The notes: generated from the sequence alone by a model not told the origin. 64,000 nt of DNA from an uncultured Chloroflexia bacterium (GCA_963813535.1 CAWEZH010000003.1:832001-896000); one strand, 5' to 3'. Positions 1-11,159 are shown, counted from the stretch's first letter. Numbers and translations are program-made.

Positions 1-552
1 GGCGCTGGCCCCACCGACGATCAACTTCGGGCGCACCTCGCGTGCCTGCGACTCCATCGCGTCGTAGTCGATCCGCTCGGTGTCCTGGCGAACGCCGTAG
101 GCGTGGACCTCGTAGAGCTTGCCGCTGAAGTTGAGCTTCATGCCGTGGGTGAGGTGGCCGCCGTGGGCGAGGTTCATCCCGAGGATCCGGTCACCCGGCT
201 CGAGGACGCTGAAATAGGCCGCCATGTTGGCCTGGGCACCGGAGTGCGGTTGGACGTTGACGTGCTCCGACCCGGGGTATAGCGAGATGGCGCGCTCCTG
301 GGCGAGGACTTCGGCGACGTCGACGAATTCGCATCCGCCGTAGTAGCGCTTACCGGGCAGGCCCTCGGCGTATTTGTTGGTGAGCCAGCTGCCCTGGGCT
401 TCCATCACGGCAGCCGAGACGTAGTTCTCGCTGGCGATCAGCTCGATGTTCTCGTGCTGGCGACGTCGTTCCCCTTGCATCGCCGCCCAGAGGTCGGGGT
501 CGATCTCGGCGATGGACTCGAGCGCCAGGCCGCGCGGCTGGGAGATGGTCAT
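1..552 (-). CDS. glyA: Serine hydroxymethyltransferase, N-terminal part (runs off the window edge)
   Basis: Manual translation MTISQPRG...[11 protein letters not shown]...[17 protein letters not shown]...[11 protein letters not shown]...[10 protein letters not shown]; RBS GGAAGGAG upstream. Confidence 0.97.
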   Translation of the reverse strand, partial: MTISQPRGLALESIAEIDPDLWAAMQGERRRQHENIELIASENYVSAAVMEAQGSWLTNKYAEGLPGKRYYGGCEFVDVAEVLAQERAISLYPGSEHVNVQPHSGAQANMAAYFSVLEPGDRILGMNLAHGGHLTHGMKLNFSGKLYEVHAYGVRQDTERIDYDAMESQAREVRPKLIVGGASA

Positions 553-624
553 CGCGTGGCGGCTCCTTCCTGGACGGTATCTTCCCACGAACGACATCCC
601 ACACGACCGAGGTTCGCGGAGCCG

Positions 625-1749
625 ATGGCCCTCATGACGATCGACCCACCCGTCCTGTCATCCGAACAGCTCGACCGGGTCGACACGCCCGCGTTGATGG
701 TCGACCTCGACCGGATGGACGCGGCGATCGCCCTGATGGCGTCCTCGATGGCGGATCGCGGTGTGGCGCTGCGGCCCCATGCCAAGACGCACAAGAGCAT
801 CGAGGTCGGACGGCGGCAGGTCGAGGGGGGCGCGAGCGGCCTGACGGTCGGCACGATCGGCGAGGCGGAGGTCTTCGCCGATGCCGGACTCGACGACCTG
901 TTCATCGCCTACCCGCTGGTCGCCGCCGGGCCGAAGGCCGAGCGGCTCCGCGGATTGGCGGCGCGCTCGAGGCTCCGCGTCGGCATCGACTCGGCTCTGG
1001 GAGCTCGCGCGGTCGCCGAGGCGCTAGGCGAGGATCGGGGCGGCGTATCGCTCCTCATCGAGATCGACTCCGGCGGCCGACGGAGCGGCGTGGCGCCGGA
1101 GGACGCGGGCGACGTGGCACGCGCCGCGGTCGACCTCGGCCTCGACGTGATCGGCGTGTTCACGCACGGTGGGCATGGCTATGCCGGACCCGACGCGCGC
1201 GACGCGGCTGCCGAGGACGAGGTCCGGACGCTGGCCGTGGCTGCCGGCGGACTCCGCTCGGTCGGGGTCGAGGCCAGCGTCGTCAGCGCGGGATCGACGC
1301 CGACCGCGCTCGGCTCGGCGCGCGGCGGCGTGACCGAGGAGCGCCCGGGGACGTACGTGTTCGGTGACCGTCAGCAGGTCGCCCTTGGCTCCATCGCCCC
1401 GGATGCCGTGGCGGCGGTCGTCGTCGCACGGGTCGTCAGCGCCGACCGAGCGGGGCGACGATTCGTGATCGACGCCGGCGCGAAGACCCTGAGCAAGGAT
1501 GTCCCGGCCTACATCCCCGGACATGGGGAGATCCCCGAGCTCCACGGCGCGGTCGTCGAGCGGGTCTCCGACTACCACGGGGTGGTCGACGTGGCGGACG
1601 GGGCACCGATGCCGGAGGTCGGCCGGGTCGTGATCGTCGTCCCGAACCACATCTGCCCCGTGGTGAACCTGTTCGACACGTTCCTCACGACGCGAGGCGG
1701 TGAGGTCGTCGACACGTGGCGGGTCGACGCTCGGGGCCGGAACGGCTGA
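625..1749 (+). CDS. PLP-dependent fold-III enzyme, D-serine dehydratase (DSD1)/D-threonine aldolase family
   Basis: [17 protein letters not shown] (PLP Lys), [22 protein letters not shown]-terminal NHIC metal motif; start 625 or 634 more likely than 454. Confidence 0.85.
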   Translation: MALMTIDPPVLSSEQLDRVDTPALMVDLDRMDAAIALMASSMADRGVALRPHAKTHKSIEVGRRQVEGGASGLTVGTIGEAEVFADAGLDDLFIAYPLVAAGPKAERLRGLAARSRLRVGIDSALGARAVAEALGEDRGGVSLLIEIDSGGRRSGVAPEDAGDVARAAVDLGLDVIGVFTHGGHGYAGPDARDAAAEDEVRTLAVAAGGLRSVGVEASVVSAGSTPTALGSARGGVTEERPGTYVFGDRQQVALGSIAPDAVAAVVVARVVSADRAGRRFVIDAGAKTLSKDVPAYIPGHGEIPELHGAVVERVSDYHGVVDVADGAPMPEVGRVVIVVPNHICPVVNLFDTFLTTRGGEVVDTWRVDARGRNG

Positions 1750-1750
1750 G

Positions 1751-2416
1751 TCAGGCTCCTCGCTCGCCGGCACGAAGCTCGTGCTCCACGCCGGCACGGT
1801 CGAGGACGGCCGCGACGTCGACGATCGGGATCGCGCCGACCCGCAGGACGCTGGGCACCCGGCCCGTACAGTCGACGACGGTGGACGCCGGGCCCCCATG
1901 GGCCGGGCCACCGTCGAGCACGAGATCGATCACCTCGCCGAGCTGCTCGACGATCGCGGCTGCGTCGGCGGCTTCCGGCAGCCCCGACACGTTGGCGGAT
2001 GTCGTCGGGAGAGGGCCCACCTCGCGGGCCAGGGCGCGTGGCGCGTCGTGGTCCGGGACGCGCAGCCCGATCGTGGCCGCACCGCCGGTCAGCACGGCCG
2101 GCCACTGGACGTCGGGTCGCTGCGGGACGACGACGGTCAGGCCGCCGGGCCAGCACGCGCTCGCCAGCGCCGAGGCCGCGGGAGTCATGACGCCCGCGCT
2201 CGCGGCCTGGGCGGCGTCGTCGAGTAGCAGCATGATCCCCTTGTCGGGCGGGCGACGCTTGGCGGCGAACAGGCGCTCGATCCCGCCAGGCGTCGAGACG
2301 GCGACGGCGATCCCGTAGACCGTGTCGGTCGGCAGTGCGACGATCCCGCCGGCACGCAACATCTCGACCGCCGCGGCTCGACCGGCGGTGTCGTCGGGGA
2401 CGACCCGGGCGCTCAC
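1751..2416 (-). CDS. tsaC: L-threonylcarbamoyladenylate synthase (Sua5/YrdC/TsaC)
   Basis: PTDTVYG, KRRP, WPGGLT, TTSANVSG, STVVD motifs. Confidence 0.93.
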   Translation of the reverse strand: MSARVVPDDTAGRAAAVEMLRAGGIVALPTDTVYGIAVAVSTPGGIERLFAAKRRPPDKGIMLLLDDAAQAASAGVMTPAASALASACWPGGLTVVVPQRPDVQWPAVLTGGAATIGLRVPDHDAPRALAREVGPLPTTSANVSGLPEAADAAAIVEQLGEVIDLVLDGGPAHGGPASTVVDCTGRVPSVLRVGAIPIVDVAAVLDRAGVEHELRAGERGA

Positions 2417-3357
2417 GAGCGCGCCTCGATCGCCGCATCCTCCAGCCGCCGCGCGTTCGCCTGCACAGCGGATGGCGACGCAAGGACGAGGTCCTCGATC
2501 ATCCGGGCGGCCCCGTCATCCTCGAGTGGTTCGGCGACATACCGTGCCGCAGCCCTGACCTCCGCGGGCGCGCTGGGCATGGCCGTCCCGTGGCCGACCT
2601 CGACCAGCATCTCGAGATCATTCCACTGGTCGCCGATCGCGAGCGTCGCGGCGAGCGGGATGCGCAGGCGGCGCGCCAGGAAGCGGATGGCCCGGCCCTT
2701 CGAGACGCCCGGCGCCACGAACTCGAGGAAGCGCGGATGCGAGATCGTGACATCGGCCCGCCCAGCGAACTCGGCACGGGCAAGGGGCGCCACGTCGGTC
2801 GGTATGGGTGGCTCCCCGACAGCCAGGATCTTCGTCACCGGATGGGTGATCGCCTCCAGCAGGTCGGGGACGAGCTCGGCGCGTGCGCCCATGAATGACG
2901 AGTAGTCGTCGGCCTTCGGGTCGTCGGCACGCAGGATGAACCGCTCGAGGTGGTTGACATGCGGGTCCAGGCCGCGGGCTCGCGTCCATTCCAGGATGCC
3001 GCGGGCGGCCTCGGCGGGGAGCGGCGTGTGGAGCAACAGCTTGCCGAGGCGTCGCGAGTCGGGCAGCGGCATCGCCCGGATCAGCCCGCCCTGGTACCCG
3101 ACGATCGGGCCGGTGAGGCCGAGGTCCCGCGCGAAGCGCATCGCCGACGAGACCATGCGACCCGTCACGAGGGATACGGCCACGTCCATCGCCATCGCGC
3201 GGCGGACAGCCGCGATGGTCCGGTCGGCGATCTCGTGATCGTCGCCGATGATCGTGCCGTCGATATCGAGGGCGATGAGGCGGATCGGGAGCTCCGGTTC
3301 CGGCGTGACCGGCAGGTTGGCGGGCATCAACGGCGTGCCGACGGTCGCGAGCGTCAC
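2413..3357 (-). CDS. Cof-type HAD-IIB hydrolase
   Basis: DIDGT motif I, TGR, SKG, GDQWND motif; GTG start overlaps the prmC stop. Confidence 0.9.
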   Translation of the reverse strand: MTLATVGTPLMPANLPVTPEPELPIRLIALDIDGTIIGDDHEIADRTIAAVRRAMAMDVAVSLVTGRMVSSAMRFARDLGLTGPIVGYQGGLIRAMPLPDSRRLGKLLLHTPLPAEAARGILEWTRARGLDPHVNHLERFILRADDPKADDYSSFMGARAELVPDLLEAITHPVTKILAVGEPPIPTDVAPLARAEFAGRADVTISHPRFLEFVAPGVSKGRAIRFLARRLRIPLAATLAIGDQWNDLEMLVEVGHGTAMPSAPAEVRAAARYVAEPLEDDGAARMIEDLVLASPSAVQANARRLEDAAIEARS

Positions 3358-4265
3358 GCCCGAGCCCGACGCATGCGCAGGACCCGCGGCAGTCCCGCCA
3401 GGTCGCGGATCATCTCGCCCGTCCAGTCCGACGACCGCTCCACGCTGAGCGCAAGGGCGGCCTCGCCCTGGTCGCCGCCGATCTCGAGGAGCGCCGTGCC
3501 ATCGGCGGCAAGGCCCCACGGCAACTGCTCGAGCAGCCGCCCGATGACCTGCAGGCCATCCGATCCCCCGTCGAGCGCCAGCCGCGGCTCGAAGTTCGTG
3601 CTGACGGGCCGGTCCGCGAGCGCGTCGAGCTCGGCGGTCCGCACGTATGGCAGGTTCGCGAGCAGGATGTCGTACGGCTGTGACCGCGCAGTGGGCGGGA
3701 GGAGGTCGCTCGCCTCGAAGCGCAGGCGGTCACCGACCCCGTGGGCGACCGCGTTCTCCCGGGCCAGGTCAAGCGCCTCGGGCGACACGTCCACGGCGCT
3801 GATCTCGACGTCGTCGGGCGGCACGCGCCGTTTGCGAAGGGCGACGGCCAGTGCCACGGCGATGGCTCCGCTCCCGGTCCCGACGTCGACCACGCGCAGC
3901 GGCCCCACTCGATCGAGGCCCGACGTGAGCGCGGCCATGATCGTGTCGATCGCGGTGTCGACGAGGAGCTCGGTCTCCGGGCGAGGTATCAGCGCTCGTG
4001 CGTCGACCGTCAGGGCGATGCCGTGGAACTCCTTCATCCCGCGCAGGTACGCGACCGGTTCGCCGAGCTCCCGCCGCGCGATGAGCGCGTGATAGGTCGC
4101 CTCCGCATCGATCCCGACCGGCGCGTCGCCGTGGGCGATCACGGCGGTCCGATCGACCCCGATGGCGAACGCCAGCAGCAGCTCGGCATCGAGGCGCGGC
4201 GTCTCGGATCCTGCCGCGCGAAGGCGCTCCGTGCCGGCCTCCACGAGCGCGCGGGTCGCGGTCAT
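3354..4265 (-). CDS. prmC: Release factor glutamine methyltransferase
   Basis: GEPVAYL, LIPRPETE, DVGTGSG, NLPY (NPPY variant), EPRLALDGG; near prfA. Confidence 0.95.
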   Translation of the reverse strand: MTATRALVEAGTERLRAAGSETPRLDAELLLAFAIGVDRTAVIAHGDAPVGIDAEATYHALIARRELGEPVAYLRGMKEFHGIALTVDARALIPRPETELLVDTAIDTIMAALTSGLDRVGPLRVVDVGTGSGAIAVALAVALRKRRVPPDDVEISAVDVSPEALDLARENAVAHGVGDRLRFEASDLLPPTARSQPYDILLANLPYVRTAELDALADRPVSTNFEPRLALDGGSDGLQVIGRLLEQLPWGLAADGTALLEIGGDQGEAALALSVERSSDWTGEMIRDLAGLPRVLRMRRARA

Positions 4266-4275
4266 CGCGGCCGCG

Positions 4276-6574
4276 TCAGAGTCGGATGGTGACGGCGACG
4301 TCGCCGGCCTTGCGCAGGACCTCGGCGCTGGTCGTGCCCCGCCACCGGTGGAAGAGCAGGTCGACCGACGAATCGCCGATGCGCAGGTCGGTGAGGGTCA
4401 CCTTGCCGAGCCAATCCGGCAGGTGAGGGTGCAGGAGCTCGAGCTCCTGACGGTTGGCGTGGGCTCGCAGTCCGAGCATCGTCTCGAGGAACAGGAACGA
4501 CGAACCGGCCGCCCATGCCTGCGGCGAGCAGGCCACTGGGTAGGGCACCGGCGTGTGCGCGTCCGTGCGGTCGAAGCCGCAGAACAGCTCCGGGAGGCGG
4601 AAGTCCTGGAATCCCTGGGCCGCTTCCATCATCTGTCCGACGAGGCGGTTCGATGCGTCGTCGAAGCCGTACCGCTTGAAGCCGGCTGCGATCAGCGACG
4701 TGTCATGCGGCCAGACGGTGCCGGTGTGATAGCCGATCGGGTTGTAGCCGGGCTGATCGGCCGCGAAGGTCCGCACGCCCCAGCCCGAGAACATCGAGGG
4801 CCGCAGGATCTGGTCGACCACGTCGCGCGCGCGATCCGGCAGGACGATGCCGGACCACAGGCAATGCCCGGCGTTGCTGGCGATCGCGTCGGCCTGCCGC
4901 TTGTCGCCATCGAGCGCCATCGCGTAGTAGCGCCGATCGTCCATCCAGAAGGCCTGCTCGAATCGCGTGGCGAGCTGGTCGGCCTCGGCGTCGAGCCGGA
5001 TGGCCAGATCCGTGTCGCCGCGGATCGCGGCAAGCCTCGACATGCGCCGCTTCGCGTCGTAGACGTAGCCCTGGACCTCGGCGAGGGCGATGGGCGGCAC
5101 GGCTTCGCGCCCGTTCCGATCGCGGATCGCATCGCTCGAGTCCTTCCAGCCTTGGTTGAGCAACCCGCGATCCGAGCGACGCTCGTATTCGACGAAGCCA
5201 TCGCCATCGCGGTCGCCGTACCGATCGATCCACTCGAGGGCGGCCATCGCATTCGGCCACAGCCGATCGACCGTCGCCATGTCGCCGGTCCAGTCGAACG
5301 TCGCCCCGAACAGGATCAGCCAGAGCGGGGTCGAGTCGACCGAGCCGTAGTAGGGCGTATGGGGCAGCTCACCGGAGCGTGCCATCTCACCGGTCCGCAG
5401 CTCGTGCAGGATCTTGCCTGGCTCCGCGTCACGTGATGGGTCCTCGACGGTCGCCTGATAGGCGGCCAGCACGTCCAGGATCTCGACGGCGATCTGCGGT
5501 CGGAAGGCGAGCGCCTGGAACGCGGAGATCAGTGAGTCGCGTCCGAACAGGGTCGTGAACCACGGCACGCCGGCCGACACGTATCGCTGATCGGGTCCCG
5601 GCCCCTCGTTGACGAGCAGGCGCAGGTCCGACACCGAGCGCTTGACGACGAGATTGAACAGCTCGTGATCGCTGAGGACCGAGGTCGTCCCCCGTTCCCA
5701 GGCGTGGTACGCGGCGGCGCCCTCGTCGGCGGACACGCGGGGGACGTCGGGGAAGAGCGCCGCGTGGTCGGCCGGACGATCCGTCCCGTCGCCCTCATGC
5801 CCGGCCGATGGCGGGCGCGGGCCGGTCCGTGCACCAGGTCGTCCAGCTGAGCACCTTCGTCTCGCCGGGTCCCAGGCTCAAGGTCCACTTCAGCCGCACC
5901 GCAGCCCCGGAGTCGGATCCGTCGGGGCGTGGCTGGTCGACCGCCTCGGCGACCTCGACCGGCTCCGAGAAGGCGAGGTGGGTCAAGCGCTCGATCCCAT
6001 CGAGCCCGACGTAGCGGAAGGTCACCCGATCGTCGGTCACCGCCACGGGCAGCTGATATCCGCGCTCAGCGCGCGGGTACCCGCGGACCTCGAAGATGTC
6101 CGCGCCGTCGGCGCCGAGCTCGAGGTCGACCGGGACATCGGACGTCCGCGCCGCGTGGTTGACGACCTTGACCCGCTCCGACACGCCGTCGCCGCCGATC
6201 AGCCGCTCTCGGCTGATCCCGATCGTCCGGCCGACAAGCTCGTCGAGCGGATGCACCTTGGCGTCGGGGTTCCGATCCGCGGAGGGATTCGTCATCTGGA
6301 TCCCGCCCCGGTAGTTCGAGCCGACCGACGTCTGCAGCAGGACCGGCCGGATGCCGCCGATGCGCAGCACGGAGCAGGCGAGCATGCGCGTGTCGCCGTA
6401 GTACAGGCCCAGCCCGCGCGAATCGGGGTGGATGTCACCGAACGAGTCGGTCAGCAGGAAACGGTTCCCGTGCTTGAGGACCTGCACGGAGCCCAGGTCG
6501 GTGGCCTTCACGATCGGGACGGCGCGTGCGGGCAGGTAGCGAACGCGCGCGGTCTCAAGCTGCGTCATCGGCAC
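4276..6574 (-). pseudogene. Amylo-alpha-1,6-glucosidase / glycogen-debranching family gene split by a +1 frameshift (N-domain 5795-6574, catalytic domain 4276-~5810)
   Basis: N part: LKHG..FLLTD..GDI, GLYYGDTR. C part: AGVPWF..LFGRD, EPGKILHE, NQGWKDS, YHTGTVWPHD, RLPELFCG, PQAWAA. The catalytic frame stays open upstream past the N-part stop. Could be a sequencing error or a real split. Confidence 0.75.
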
Positions 6575-7655
6575 CCATCAGGTTCGAGAGTCGGTCGGCC
6601 TGGTCGGCCATGTTCAGCGCGTCGATCAGCTCGTCGAGGTCGCCGGCCATCACGCCGGGCAGGTTGTGGACGGTCTTGCTGATGCGGTGATCGGTGACGC
6701 GGTCCTGCGGGAAGTTGTAGGTCCGCACCTTGTCGCTGCGGTCACCTGAACCGACCATCGATCGCCGGGTGGCCGAGTCGGCGGCACGCTGCTTCTGGAT
6801 CTCGAGATCGAGCAGCCGAGAACGCAGGACCGACATGGCCTTGGCCTTGTTCTTGTGCTGGCTCTTCTCGTCCTGGATCTCGACGACCAGGCCGGACGGC
6901 AGGTGCGTGATCCGCACGGCGGAGTCGGTCGTGTTCACCGACTGACCACCCGGCCCGGACGAGCGCTTGACCTCGATCCGCAGGTCCTTGTCCTCGTCGA
7001 TGTCGACCTCGACCTCGTCAGCCTCGGGCATCACGATCACCGTGGCGGTCGACGTGTGGATCCGGCCGCTCGATTCCGTCGCCGGGATGCGCTGCACGCG
7101 GTGGACGCCACCCTCGAACTTCAGCCGGCTATACGCACCGTCGCCGCGGATCTGGACGATCGCTTCCTTGATCCCATCGATGCCGGTCTCGTGGAGGCTC
7201 AGCACTTCGGTCGCGTACTTGTGGCGGCCTGCGTAGCGCAGGTACATCCGGAGGACCTCCGCCGCGAACAGGGCAGCCTCATCGCCGCCGGCCCCGGCAC
7301 GGACCTCGAGGATGACGTCGCGCTCGTCGTTCGGGTCGCGCGGCAGCAGGAGCACTCGGAGCTCCTCCAGGAGCCGGCTCTCCTCCGATTCGAGGCGCCC
7401 GATCTCGTCGCGCGCCATCGTCCGCATGTCCTCGTCACCGTCGCCGGCGTCGCGAACCTCACGCGCCCCGGCTAGCTCGTCGCGGAGGCCCTGCAGCGTG
7501 CGGAAGGCCGCGACCGTCGGCTCGAGCCGGGCGAGCTCCCGGCCGAGCCTGCGGAGCTCGTTCGGATCGGCGGTCACCTCCGGTCGCGCGAGCTCGGCAT
7601 TGAGGTCGTCGTACTGCGCGGCGACCTCGACCAGCTTGGCGTCGAGATCGCTCAT
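6555..7655 (-). CDS. prfA: Peptide chain release factor 1
   Basis: [11 protein letters not shown] recognition motif (RIPATE), [19 protein letters not shown]; ATG at 7655 (MSDLDAKL). Confidence 0.97.
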   Translation of the reverse strand: MSDLDAKLVEVAAQYDDLNAELARPEVTADPNELRRLGRELARLEPTVAAFRTLQGLRDELAGAREVRDAGDGDEDMRTMARDEIGRLESEESRLLEELRVLLLPRDPNDERDVILEVRAGAGGDEAALFAAEVLRMYLRYAGRHKYATEVLSLHETGIDGIKEAIVQIRGDGAYSRLKFEGGVHRVQRIPATESSGRIHTSTATVIVMPEADEVEVDIDEDKDLRIEVKRSSGPGGQSVNTTDSAVRITHLPSGLVVEIQDEKSQHKNKAKAMSVLRSRLLDLEIQKQRAADSATRRSMVGSGDRSDKVRTYNFPQDRVTDHRISKTVHNLPGVMAGDLDELIDALNMADQADRLSNLMGADDAA

Positions 7656-8695
7656 GAGACCGCGGGCGGCTCGTCGGTCGTGGCCACCGCCACCGGTTCG
7701 CTCGCGTCCTTGGGCGTATCGCCCGACGGCAGCACGAGCGGGTCGCGCTCGAAGAGCGTCGAGCCGACGGGGATCGGGTTGCCGTCCGCGGTGAGCGCTT
7801 CCTGCATCGACGAGATCGCCACCTCGATCATGTCGTCGGTCGGTCGCTTCGTGGTGATCATCTGGACGAGGATCCCGGGGAACATGATCGCGCGGACGAC
7901 GCGGTTGTGACGGAACTTCGCCCCGAGCTTGAGGACTTCGTAGCCGACGGCGGCTAGCACCGGGATGCCGACGAGCCGGCTCAGGATCATGACGAGCGGC
8001 TCCTGCTTGCCGATCAGCGAGAACGCGAAGATCGACAGCAGCACGAGGATCACGAGGAACTCCGTCCCGCAGCGATGGTGGGCCGTCGGGTACTTGCGGA
8101 CCGCGTCGACGGTGAGCGGGTCGCCCGCCTCGAGCGCGTGGATCGTCATGTGCTCGGCGCCGTGGTACTGGAACACCCGGTGGATGTCCGGCGCGCGCGA
8201 GACGAGCGTCAGGTAGGCCAGGAACAGCGCGACCTGGATCACGCCCTCCAGCGCCGGCTGCGCCCAGCCCTGGCTCAACCCGGACGTCGCCACGCTCGAC
8301 ACGAACAGCGGCAACAGGCTGAAGGCCGCGATGGCCACGCCGAAGGTGATGAGCAGCGTGATCGCGATCGTGCCCTTGCCGAGCTCGACGTCGTCCTCTT
8401 CCGCCTGGACGTTGGCGCTGCGGACGAGCCATCGCGTGCCGATGACCAGCGTCTCGTACAGGACGACGAGGCCGCGCACGAAGGGCCACCTCCCCACCCG
8501 CGAGGTGTGGATCTTTGAGTCGAGGTGCTCGGTGGCGGTGACGATGCGGCCGTCCGGATGGCGCAGGGCGACCGCGATCGCGTTGCGACCGCGCATGAGG
8601 ACGCCCTCCATGAGGGCCTGTCCTCCGTAGGCGAAGGTGGGTCGGTCGCCGCGACGGCCGTCGTCCGCCGCCAGCGGCGCCGGGTTTGCTGACAT
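7652..8695 (-). CDS. DUF1385 family membrane protein (putative metal-dependent enzyme)
   Basis: [27 protein letters not shown]; usual rpmE-DUF1385-prfA/prmC synteny. Confidence 0.88.
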   Translation of the reverse strand: MSANPAPLAADDGRRGDRPTFAYGGQALMEGVLMRGRNAIAVALRHPDGRIVTATEHLDSKIHTSRVGRWPFVRGLVVLYETLVIGTRWLVRSANVQAEEDDVELGKGTIAITLLITFGVAIAAFSLLPLFVSSVATSGLSQGWAQPALEGVIQVALFLAYLTLVSRAPDIHRVFQYHGAEHMTIHALEAGDPLTVDAVRKYPTAHHRCGTEFLVILVLLSIFAFSLIGKQEPLVMILSRLVGIPVLAAVGYEVLKLGAKFRHNRVVRAIMFPGILVQMITTKRPTDDMIEVAISSMQEALTADGNPIPVGSTLFERDPLVLPSGDTPKDASEPVAVATTDEPPAVS

Positions 8696-8817
8696 CAGGG
8701 CAAGTCTACCGGCCACGGATCGCGACCGGCTTTCGCACGAGGGTACCGGTCGTGGGATCCGAACGGCCGGTCCGAAACACCCCGTCGAGCGTGGTCGCGA
8801 CCGAGTGGCCGGCGCGG

Positions 8818-9030
8818 CTAGCTCCGGGCCTGGCGCTCCAGGCGCTTCTGGAAGCGCTCGACCTGGCCGGCCGTGTCGATGATGTTCTGGGTGCCCGTGA
8901 AGAACGGGTGACAGTTGCTGCACACGTCGACGCGCAACTCTTCTCGAGTCGACCCGACCGTCCATTCACGGCCGCACGAGCCGCAGTGGACCTTCGCTTC
9001 GAAATACTTGGGGTGGATATCCGGCTTCAC
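8818..9030 (-). CDS. rpmE: 50S ribosomal protein L31 (Zn-binding type)
   Basis: MKPDIHPKY..CGSC..CSNCHPFFTG..DTAGQVERF; GTG start with GGAGGAG RBS. Confidence 0.97.
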   Translation of the reverse strand: MKPDIHPKYFEAKVHCGSCGREWTVGSTREELRVDVCSNCHPFFTGTQNIIDTAGQVERFQKRLERQARS

Positions 9031-9116
9031 GGTGTCTCTCCTCCGACGTCTTCCGCGCCGGGCCATCGCCCAGCCGGTGATCGCCGGCTACGTCCGGTGC
9101 CGCCTCGTGAACGAGG

Positions 9117-9392
9117 CTAGGCGGTCGTCGGGGCGGTCTCAGCCGCCTCGACCCGGATGCGCTTCTTGCTCTTGGTGGTGTGCTCGAACTTGACCGTCCC
9201 ATCGACGGTCGCGAACACGGTGTAGTCCCTGCCCAGGCCGGTGCCAGAGCCCGACGCGAACGTCATGCCGCGCTGGCGCACGATGATCGAGCCCGCCGTG
9301 ACGGTCTGGCCGTCGCCGGCCTTCACGCCCAGGCGCTGGCCGACGCTGTCGCGGCCGTTCTTGACGCTGCCGCCTGCCTTCTTGTGAGCCAT
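9117..9392 (-). CDS. rpmA: 50S ribosomal protein L27
   Basis: [28 protein letters not shown]. Confidence 0.98.
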   Translation of the reverse strand: MAHKKAGGSVKNGRDSVGQRLGVKAGDGQTVTAGSIIVRQRGMTFASGSGTGLGRDYTVFATVDGTVKFEHTTKSKKRIRVEAAETAPTTA

Positions 9393-9395
9393 GGC

Positions 9396-10091
9396 CTACT
9401 CGTCCTTCTTCGTCGCACGCGGCTTCGTCGCGCGCTTCCTGGGTGCGGGCTTGTCGGTCGCCGTGCCCGCCTCGTCGGCGGCCTTCGCGCCGGACGCCTT
9501 GGCCCGGGTCGTGGTCTTCTTCGTGGTGGATGGCTTCGCGTCGGCCGTGGCTTCGGCCTTCGCCGGAGTCTTCGATGTCGTCTCGGCCTTGGTCGCGGTC
9601 TTCTTCGTCTCTGACTTCTTGGTCTCGGTCTTCGCGGTGGACGCCTTCGTCGAGGCCGCGAGCTTCGCGGCAAGCTCGGCGTCCTTGGCCGCCTGTGCAG
9701 CGGCGGCCTCCTCGAGCCGCTGCCGCTCGGTCTTGGTATCGGATTCGGCCTTCGCAGCCGACTTCGCGGCGCTCTTGCCGTCGAGCGTGATGTCCGAGAT
9801 GCGCAGCACGGTCAGGTCCTGACGATGGCCCTTCTTCACCCGCCGTCGCGTCTTCGGACCGTACTTGAACGAGATGAGCTTCTCCCCACGGCCCTGCCGG
9901 ACGACCTCGGCGCTGACGGCCGCGCCATCGACGACCGGTCGGCCGATCGAGGCGTCATCACCGTCGGCGATCAACAGGACGCGGCCGACCGTGATGGTCT
10001 TGCCGGGCTCAGCGTCGAGCAGCTCGACTTCGAGTTCGGTGCCGACCTCCACGCGGTATTGCTTTCCGCCGGTCTCGATGACTGCGTACAT
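9396..10091 (-). CDS. rplU: 50S ribosomal protein L21 with long Lys/Ala/Thr-rich C-terminal extension
   Basis: MYAVIETGGKQYRV..GHRQ..T; about 125 extra low-complexity residues. Confidence 0.96.
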   Translation of the reverse strand: MYAVIETGGKQYRVEVGTELEVELLDAEPGKTITVGRVLLIADGDDASIGRPVVDGAAVSAEVVRQGRGEKLISFKYGPKTRRRVKKGHRQDLTVLRISDITLDGKSAAKSAAKAESDTKTERQRLEEAAAAQAAKDAELAAKLAASTKASTAKTETKKSETKKTATKAETTSKTPAKAEATADAKPSTTKKTTTRAKASGAKAADEAGTATDKPAPRKRATKPRATKKDE

Positions 10092-10189
10092 GGATCCTCT
10101 GGACTTCTTGACGACGGCGGGCGACGCGCGTAGCGATCGGGCTGTCGGACATGGGGTGACGCCGGGCAGGACCCTGGCGCGGACGATGG

Positions 10190-10219
10190 AGTGTACGGCC
10201 GAACCGGGAACTTGGTCAA
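10190..10219 (-). promoter_or_regulatory. Putative sigma70 promoter for rplU-rpmA
   Basis: TTGACC-N18-TACACT on the minus strand. Confidence 0.55.
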
Positions 10220-10277
10220 TCGGGGCCCATGCGGGCGGCCGGGTTCGCGGATCATCGCCTGATGTAGCTTTCGCGGG

Positions 10278-11138
10278 ATGAACCGGGACGTCGACGGGCT
10301 GCGACCGCCCGTGCGGCGGGAGCGCCTCACGGCCGTGGGCTTGGTGATCGCCGCGGCGGTGTCACCGCAGATCGGTGCGGCGTTCGCCGTGACGCTGTTC
10401 GACGAGCTGGGTCCGGCGGGTGCGGCGTTCCTGCGGCTGGCGTTCGCGGCGGTCGTGCTGTGGGCGGTCTGGCGCCCCCGGCTGACCGGCGACCTGCGGC
10501 TCGCCGGGGCGTTCGGCGTCTCGCTCGGGCTGATGAACTGGTCGTTCTACGAGGCGATCGACCGGATCCCGCTCGGCGTCGCCGTGACCATCGAGTTCGC
10601 CGGCCCGCTGCTCGTGGCCGTGATCGGCTCGCGGCGGCCCCTCGACGTCGTGTGGGTCGCGCTCGCCGCGATCGGCATCGTGGTGCTCGTCGATCCCGGC
10701 AGCGGATCGGTGGACCCGGTCGGTATCGCCTTCGCGCTCGCCGCCGGCGCGTGCTGGATGGCCTACATCTACCTGAACAAGCGCACCGGCGCGGCGTTCC
10801 CGGGCGGCTCGGGGCTGGCGATCGCGATGGCCGTCGGCGCGCTGGTCGTGCTACCGGCCGGCGTGATCCAGGCGGACGGTGCGCTCCTCGAGCCCGGACT
10901 GCTCGGCTCGGCGTTCGTCGTGGCGCTCCTGTCCTCGGTGCTGCCGTACTCGCTCGATCTGGAGGCGCTGCGGCGGCTCCCGGAGGCGGTGTTCGGCGTG
11001 CTGATGTCGCTCGACCCGGCGGTGGCCGCGCTGGTCGGCTTCGTGGTGCTCGGCCAGGCCCTCGGTGCACGCGAGGTGGTCGGGATCGCGATGGTGGTCG
11101 TGGCGAGCGCCGGAGCGGCCAGCCTCAGTCACCGATGA
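10278..11138 (+). CDS. EamA/DMT transporter, RhtA-like threonine/homoserine exporter
   Basis: QIGAAFA, RIPLGVAVTIEFAGPL, PYSLDLEALRR; ~10 TM segments. Confidence 0.88.
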   Translation: MNRDVDGLRPPVRRERLTAVGLVIAAAVSPQIGAAFAVTLFDELGPAGAAFLRLAFAAVVLWAVWRPRLTGDLRLAGAFGVSLGLMNWSFYEAIDRIPLGVAVTIEFAGPLLVAVIGSRRPLDVVWVALAAIGIVVLVDPGSGSVDPVGIAFALAAGACWMAYIYLNKRTGAAFPGGSGLAIAMAVGALVVLPAGVIQADGALLEPGLLGSAFVVALLSSVLPYSLDLEALRRLPEAVFGVLMSLDPAVAALVGFVVLGQALGAREVVGIAMVVVASAGAASLSHR

Positions 11139-11159
11139 CGGTCTTGGCCGGCGCGCTGA

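Noticed and set aside
553-624. ZTP or glycine riboswitch upstream of glyA
   Set aside because: Spacer too short and no consensus elements
5795-5797. Selenocysteine or readthrough at the glucosidase TGA
   Set aside because: The downstream domain is in a different frame, so readthrough would not join the halves
6555-8489. Apparent 644-aa RF1, 701-aa DnaA (50395) and 199-aa RnpA (50713) with long N-extensions
   Set aside because: Extensions overlap other genes or promoters and are Arg/Pro-rich noise; the true starts are downstream
9117-9396. Prp-cleaved L27 N-terminal extension system
   Set aside because: L27 begins directly with MAHKK and no prp gene lies between rplU and rpmA
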